From Verrucomicrobiota bacterium (GTDB lineage: Bacteria; Verrucomicrobiota; Verrucomicrobiia; Limisphaerales; CANJXF01): 51,993 bases of DNA. The DNA lies in contig JBBQRQ010000027.1 in assembly GCA_038214755.1 (NCBI GenBank), positions 1 through 51,993 on the forward strand, written 5' to 3'. Below the pieces are notes generated by a model that saw nothing but the letters and a program-made list of their open reading frames with translations, had not been told where the DNA came from and made no database searches. The position numbers and the translations under genes are program-made. Position 1 is the stretch's first letter; every line of letters begins with the position of its first letter. This document shows positions 46,862 through 51,993 of this stretch, in pieces.

Positions 46862-48895
46862 ATGAGAAATCTTGTAAAAAATTTGCGCGTCTGGATTTTG
46901 GTCGCGGCGGTCTTCGCGGGGGCTGACTCCAGTTTTGCCCAAAAATATTCGGTGGTGGACCTCGGCGCGTTCACGAATTCACTCAGCACCGTGAACGCGA
47001 TCAACAATTCCGGCCAGTTCGCGGGCGTGCTGAACATCAATGGTGGCTATCGCGCCGTACTTTACGGCGGATCGTGGACGAATCTCGGCACGCTCGGAGG
47101 CAGTAGCAGTTTCGCGCTCGGGATGAATGACGCGCTCCGAGTCGTGGGCCGTTCCCGCCTCACCAACGGCACGGTGAATCGCGCATTTCTGTGGACGCCG
47201 GGCGGTACCAATGGCATTGCAAGCAACCCGCAAATGAAAGATCTCGGCACACTCGGGGGTGCGGCGGCGGGGGCGGAGGACATCAACACGTCGGCGCAAA
47301 TTACGGGCTACGCGCAGACAGGGAGTGATGATCATGCGTTTCGTTACAGCGGCGGAACCATGACGGACATAGGCAATTTGCTGCCCAACAATCACAACTC
47401 TTACGCCTCTGGGATCAATGACGCAGGCCATATCGTAGGCACCGATTACGACAATTCGTTTAATACAGCAACAGCCTTTCGTTACAATGGCAGCACCGTT
47501 AGCGTTCTGGCGTTCTCTGGGTGGAACAACACTTACGGACTGGCGATCAATAATAACGACCACATCGCCGGTTATGTCAGCGGAAGTTCAGCCGATCACG
47601 CCTTTCGCTATTCCACCAACTTTTTTGATTTAGGAACGCTCGGCGGCTCTTTCAGCTATGCGTTTTCCATCAACAACAGCAACATCATTGTAGGTGGCTC
47701 ATACACGGATGCGAACAATCTCCTCTATCACGCGTTTATCTGTACGAACAGCTCGCTGGTGGACCTCAACAACCAGCTCGACGACTCGGGCGCAGGCTGG
47801 GTCTTGAACGAGGCGCGGGCGATCAACGACAGCGGACAAATCGCTGGCATCGGAATGTTGAACGGTGAAAAACACGCATTCCTGCTGGCAAAACTTCCAC
47901 CGGGCATCACCCACCAACCCAGCTCGCAAACCATAGCCTTGAGCAACAGCGTCACGTTTACGGTCGGCGCGACGGGCACGGCACCCTTGAATTATCAGTG
48001 GCGATTCAACGGAACAAATCTAGCCGGAGCGACGACGAATTTTTATACATTGAATAACGCGCAGCCGAGCAACGCTGGAAATTACACCGTCATCGTCACG
48101 AACAATTACGGCGCGGTGACTAGCGCCATCGCGACGTTGATCTTCGGAATTCCGCCCAGCATCACCAATCAGCCCGTGTCGCAGTCGGTCGTAGTGAGTA
48201 ACAACGTGACGTTCACCGCTGGCGCGACGGGCACGACCCCGTTGAATTATCAGTGGCAGTTCAACGGGAATTCAATTGCGGGCGCGACGACGAATTTTTA
48301 TTCAATCACCAACGCGCAATCCGCAGACGCGGGAAATTACACGCTCGTTGTGACGAACAATTACGGCGCGCTCACGAGCGCCGTCGTCGTGTTGATGGTC
48401 AATTTTCGACCCAGCATCACGAATCAGCCCGCGTCGCAGTCCGTTGTGGCTGGTAACAGTGCGATGTTTACCGTCGGCGCAATGGGCACACCGCCGTTGA
48501 ATTATCAGTGGCGATTCAACGGAACAAATCTAGCCGGAGCGACGACCAATTCCTACACGGTGCTGAACGCGCAAACGAACCATGCGGGAAATTACACCGT
48601 GGTGGTGATGAATAATTACGGCGCGGTGACAAGCACTGTGGCCACGTTGACCGTGACTGTTCTCGTTCCACCAAGGATCACAGACATCAAAATCTTGGGG
48701 ACGAATCTGTTGCTCAGTTTCACGACAATAAATGGAGGAACTTATTTCGTGGAAGGGAGAAGCAATCTGGTCACGGGTGTCTGGAGCGATTTGATTTCCA
48801 ATATTGCGGGCAACGGCAGCGTGAATACGGCAACGAATTTTGGCGGCACCACCTTACCGGAACGTTACTATCGCGTCCGGCTTTCATCTCCCTAA
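46862..48895 (+). CDS. Secreted protein with HAF repeats, three Ig-like domains and a Verrucomicrobia-type C-terminal domain
   Basis: Signal peptide; DLGTLGG/AIND/HAF repeats; 3x PxITxQP...YQWxFNG...AGNYTVVVTNNYG; ends YFVEGRSNL...W...RYYRV. Confidence 0.9.
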   Translation: MRNLVKNLRVWILVAAVFAGADSSFAQKYSVVDLGAFTNSLSTVNAINNSGQFAGVLNINGGYRAVLYGGSWTNLGTLGGSSSFALGMNDALRVVGRSRLTNGTVNRAFLWTPGGTNGIASNPQMKDLGTLGGAAAGAEDINTSAQITGYAQTGSDDHAFRYSGGTMTDIGNLLPNNHNSYASGINDAGHIVGTDYDNSFNTATAFRYNGSTVSVLAFSGWNNTYGLAINNNDHIAGYVSGSSADHAFRYSTNFFDLGTLGGSFSYAFSINNSNIIVGGSYTDANNLLYHAFICTNSSLVDLNNQLDDSGAGWVLNEARAINDSGQIAGIGMLNGEKHAFLLAKLPPGITHQPSSQTIALSNSVTFTVGATGTAPLNYQWRFNGTNLAGATTNFYTLNNAQPSNAGNYTVIVTNNYGAVTSAIATLIFGIPPSITNQPVSQSVVVSNNVTFTAGATGTTPLNYQWQFNGNSIAGATTNFYSITNAQSADAGNYTLVVTNNYGALTSAVVVLMVNFRPSITNQPASQSVVAGNSAMFTVGAMGTPPLNYQWRFNGTNLAGATTNSYTVLNAQTNHAGNYTVVVMNNYGAVTSTVATLTVTVLVPPRITDIKILGTNLLLSFTTINGGTYFVEGRSNLVTGVWSDLISNIAGNGSVNTATNFGGTTLPERYYRVRLSSP

Positions 48896-48915
48896 ACGAG
48901 GCGCGGCAAATTGTT

Positions 48916-49680
48916 CTACTGCGCGCGCTTTGCGCTCACGTGCCAGTCGAAATACAATTCGTTGCGTAGATTGCCATGCACTGGTTTGGCGGGAAGGTTA
49001 TCGCTCCAAGGTGTCCCGCTGCCAATGTTACCCTGATCCAAGTCTGTCATGGCCCAGACACGTGAAGCAGAGCCGTAGCTGCCGGTTGTTCCCAATTTAA
49101 TTGGAGCTTGGGGCTGAGCGCCAAGGACGGCAGGAAATCCGAATGGCCGGACCTTCGCGACACCCGGATCAACATCGGGCTGCATGAGATAGGAATGACG
49201 CCCATTGGGAGTATCGAGATTTGGGGCGGAGCGTTTGAATGCGGGACAAAGAAAGACATCGGCAGTCACGACATCGCTAGAAGGCGCTGGCAATCCCATG
49301 TAATCGGTTAGAAAAAAGACGAGAAAATTGGTGGAGTCGAGGTCATAGTCGGGCCATTGACCGCCCAAGAGCGGCCCAGGCAGCTTGTCTTTACTGTCAT
49401 CGGCGTACATTTGGATGGCAGCGCCGATTTGTTTAAGATTGGAGACACAATGGATTCGCATCGCTCGGGCCTTGGCTTGCCCCAAGGCAGGCAGCAGCAG
49501 CGCCGCGAGGAGGCCGATGATGGCAATGACCACCAACAATTCGATGAGCGTGAAACCGAAGGAACCGCCGTTGCCCCTCTTTGAATTTGCGCGCGTTTTT
49601 GATATAAAAAATTCTGCGGTAATATTTGGATTTCCTCCGATGTGATCCGCGCTGACTATTTGACCGTCCCCACTATACAC
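48916..49680 (-). CDS. Prepilin-type N-terminal cleavage/methylation protein with H-X9-DG-like C-terminal motif (DUF1559-like); start uncertain
   Basis: [52 protein letters not shown]. Confidence 0.85.
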   Translation of the reverse strand: MYSGDGQIVSADHIGGNPNITAEFFISKTRANSKRGNGGSFGFTLIELLVVIAIIGLLAALLLPALGQAKARAMRIHCVSNLKQIGAAIQMYADDSKDKLPGPLLGGQWPDYDLDSTNFLVFFLTDYMGLPAPSSDVVTADVFLCPAFKRSAPNLDTPNGRHSYLMQPDVDPGVAKVRPFGFPAVLGAQPQAPIKLGTTGSYGSASRVWAMTDLDQGNIGSGTPWSDNLPAKPVHGNLRNELYFDWHVSAKRAQ

Positions 49681-50189
49681 GCCGGATTCCCCGCGACAAT
49701 TGAGTAGGGAGGAACTTCAAAATCAACCACCGCCGCCGCGCCGACGATTGCTCCCTCTCCCACGCAAGCCCCCGCTAAGAGCAAAGCCCGTGCCCCGACC
49801 CAACTATTCTCACCAATGAGAATGGAGGGTCGCGACTCTACCGCCCCAGTTACGTCACGTTGCGATGTTTTAAATGGTGTCGCGCAGAAGGAATCCGCCA
49901 AAACCACCTCATGGGCGAGAAAGGCATAGTCGCCGATCACGACCTTTGAGTTGGTGGAAATGATCGCTCCCACCAAAGTGGCATAGTTGCCAATTTCGAC
50001 TTCACCCTCCGGCCCGAGGTCAAAAAATGTTCCGTGATAGATTCCGCTGTCATGCCCGACCCTCACTCCCCGTTGACTTTGATAATGCAAGCAGGAGAAG
50101 GAACTGTAACACCAACTGCGTTCGCCCAGCACAACATTGCTAGGCAGCGGTTGGGGAAACCAATCGTGTGGCAATTGAGCGGGCTTCAT
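49656..50189 (-). CDS. Hexapeptide-repeat (LbH) acyltransferase
   Basis: IGENSWVG...[13 protein letters not shown]...VAGNPA. Confidence 0.88.
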   Translation of the reverse strand: MKPAQLPHDWFPQPLPSNVVLGERSWCYSSFSCLHYQSQRGVRVGHDSGIYHGTFFDLGPEGEVEIGNYATLVGAIISTNSKVVIGDYAFLAHEVVLADSFCATPFKTSQRDVTGAVESRPSILIGENSWVGARALLLAGACVGEGAIVGAAAVVDFEVPPYSIVAGNPACIVGTVK

Positions 50190-50788
50190 AGGATCGCGTT
50201 TCCACCTTCGACCAATCGCGCCGGATTACCTGCCACCCTCGCGCCTGCTGGAACATCCGCCGTCACGACCGACCCCGCTCCCACGCGCGCCCCGCGACCG
50301 ATACGCACCCCTTTTAAAATAATTGCCCCAATGCCGATCCACGCATCATCTTCGATCACCACCGGCTTTGCCGTCACGGCGGGGCGCAAGCGGCGGTCGC
50401 CTTCCGGCGCGTTGGCCATGGCGTCTTGTTTGCGCAACCCAGGATCGCGCGGATGAAAATCGCTGTCGGCGATGGTCACGTTGTAGGAAATAATCACTCG
50501 CTGTCCGATGCGGATATTCTCCGCGCACATGAACACTGCGCCCACCAAAACGGAATCGTCTCCCACCTCGATCACACCAGCGGGTTCGATGTTAAACTCC
50601 GTCCAAGTATAAATCTTGACGCGATTGCCAATCACCAATCCGGGGTCGCGCGTGCTGCGAAAGCGTTTGAAACTTTCTTTTCGCTCCAGGTAACATTCCG
50701 CGCCCACGCGGATATTTTTCGGCAACGTCGCGTGATCCCATCCGCCGGTGATCGCTTTGAATTCTTCCGCGCTAATCTGTCCGCTCAT
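50186..50788 (-). CDS. Hexapeptide-repeat (LbH) acyltransferase
   Basis: DSDFH, PVVIEDDAWIG, GAGSVVT, VAGNPA. Confidence 0.9.
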   Translation of the reverse strand: MSGQISAEEFKAITGGWDHATLPKNIRVGAECYLERKESFKRFRSTRDPGLVIGNRVKIYTWTEFNIEPAGVIEVGDDSVLVGAVFMCAENIRIGQRVIISYNVTIADSDFHPRDPGLRKQDAMANAPEGDRRLRPAVTAKPVVIEDDAWIGIGAIILKGVRIGRGARVGAGSVVTADVPAGARVAGNPARLVEGGNAIL

Positions 50789-51951
50789 AATCCAATTCTC
50801 CTCAGCAAATCACCGAGCACCACATCCGAGGCGAAATGCGTTCGCGCCAGTTCGCGCGCGGCTCGCTGGTGTCGCGGGTAATCCGCCTCGACCGATTCAA
50901 TGGCCCGAACCGCTTCATCCAAATTTGAAAAAGCAAACAATCCTTCGCCCGTCGGAATCAATTCCGAGAAGCCCGTGTCCTGGATGACCACCGGCAAACC
51001 GGCTGCCAGATAACAAACCGACCGGCAACTGAACCAACCTGAACGCGTCGCGACATAAACATTTTTTGCCACGCTGAGTTCGCCGCGCGAACGTTGGATG
51101 TAGCCGCGATAATCCTCCGCCGTTCGCGAAACGGCCTGCGAATCCTTCACCGACCAACCGAGCGCGCGCCACGCTTCACGCGACGCCTGATCTCCGCCCA
51201 CCGCGATTTCGAGTTTGGTGCCGCCATGCGGGATGCGCCGGGGTAAGTTTTCGATTTTGGAGAATTCCATTTCCTTTGTTCCGTAACTCACACCTTGATA
51301 CTGGATTGTTTCCTGGAAATTTTTCCAGGTCATCACCGTGGTCCAATTCTCGTTCGGCGGTTGAGCGTTCCAACACTCCATCACGACGGGCGGACGTGTG
51401 GGTTGCCACGGCAAACCAAAGTCGGGCAGAGGGCAATCGGGTTGCCCGATGCGCTCGGCGTAGGTGAAGAAAAAATCGTGCGCGCGGTAGCCGTGGCTGC
51501 CCTGCCAGTTCGGATTTGCATCCCACTTTGGAAAATTGCGGAAATGATTCCAGCCGGGATCGGAATCAATCAGCACTTTGCGCTTACAGGGCATGTATTC
51601 GTCGCGCAGCAACGTCCCGCCCGAAACGTTAAGAAATAAATCCGCGCTCTGGATCACCTCGGCAAAAGCGGCGTCATCCATCCCAAAAGTTCTCCCGTCC
51701 AGGTTGCGAAAGCGCCAACGCTTCGCCATAGTCGGCGACAACGCGCCGAGAGATTTGGAAAGGAACTCGACCGCATACGAACAGTCCTCGCCATATTCGC
51801 CTTTGCGCGGGTCGTAGGTTTGCCAGCCGGTGTCCTCCAAATAAAACACCTCGAAGCCCAGCCGCTCCAGACCCAGCGCGTATTGCCCGTAATCCCACAA
51901 CACCCCTCCGACGGGATAACTCGCGATCATTCCGGTAACGATGGCTTTCAT
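50785..51951 (-). CDS. Glycosyltransferase-like protein (GT-B fold)
   Basis: YALGLERLG, DSDPG, ELSVAKNVYV...GWFSCRSVCYLAAGLPVVIQDTG; coupled to two acyltransferases. Confidence 0.75.
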   Translation of the reverse strand: MKAIVTGMIASYPVGGVLWDYGQYALGLERLGFEVFYLEDTGWQTYDPRKGEYGEDCSYAVEFLSKSLGALSPTMAKRWRFRNLDGRTFGMDDAAFAEVIQSADLFLNVSGGTLLRDEYMPCKRKVLIDSDPGWNHFRNFPKWDANPNWQGSHGYRAHDFFFTYAERIGQPDCPLPDFGLPWQPTRPPVVMECWNAQPPNENWTTVMTWKNFQETIQYQGVSYGTKEMEFSKIENLPRRIPHGGTKLEIAVGGDQASREAWRALGWSVKDSQAVSRTAEDYRGYIQRSRGELSVAKNVYVATRSGWFSCRSVCYLAAGLPVVIQDTGFSELIPTGEGLFAFSNLDEAVRAIESVEADYPRHQRAARELARTHFASDVVLGDLLRRIGL

Positions 51952-51993
51952 CGCTCAGGTTGATCTTGGGCGTTGCCCAGCTCCGTTCGCAGG
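51948..51993 (-). CDS. 3' end of an upstream operon gene (truncated by the window edge)
   Basis: Open frame LRTELGNAQDQPER* with an ATGA overlap on the next start. Confidence 0.5.
   Translation of the reverse strand, partial: LRTELGNAQDQPER

Overview
Core-chromosome segment (about 55% GC by eye) of a bacterium whose gene content points to Verrucomicrobiota, probably Pedosphaera-like. That assignment is inferred from a PEP-CTERM remnant, a DUF1080 protein, a prepilin/H-X9-DG-type protein, a HAF+Ig secreted protein and a PVC-type LeuRS. Most of the window is housekeeping or stress genes: cls, 2x DedA, hisH, sodA, lysA, argH, thiL-tsaE-tsaB, rpmI-rplT, hsp20-lon, nfeD, yggS, leuS, bcp, yciF, a yqjDEK-like cluster and the end of a glycosyl/acyltransferase operon. 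No rRNA, tRNA, CRISPR array, integrase or transposase gene was seen. The unusual content is small. (1) leuS carries an in-frame insert of about 194 aa that resembles a PBECR (Barnase/EndoU/Colicin/RelE-fold) ribonuclease domain. (2) More than 20 REP-like palindromes of several families are present; several sit inside separate miniature TIR elements with target duplications, and two are in-frame inside protein genes. (3) A Phd-type/MazF-type toxin-antitoxin module lies between a gluconolactonase gene and a mostly synonymously diverged copy of that gene's own 3' end. (4) There is a second intact TA pair (DUF433/PIN) and a decayed HicB-Phd-vapC' stack. All family assignments come from motif recognition by eye; no database search was run.
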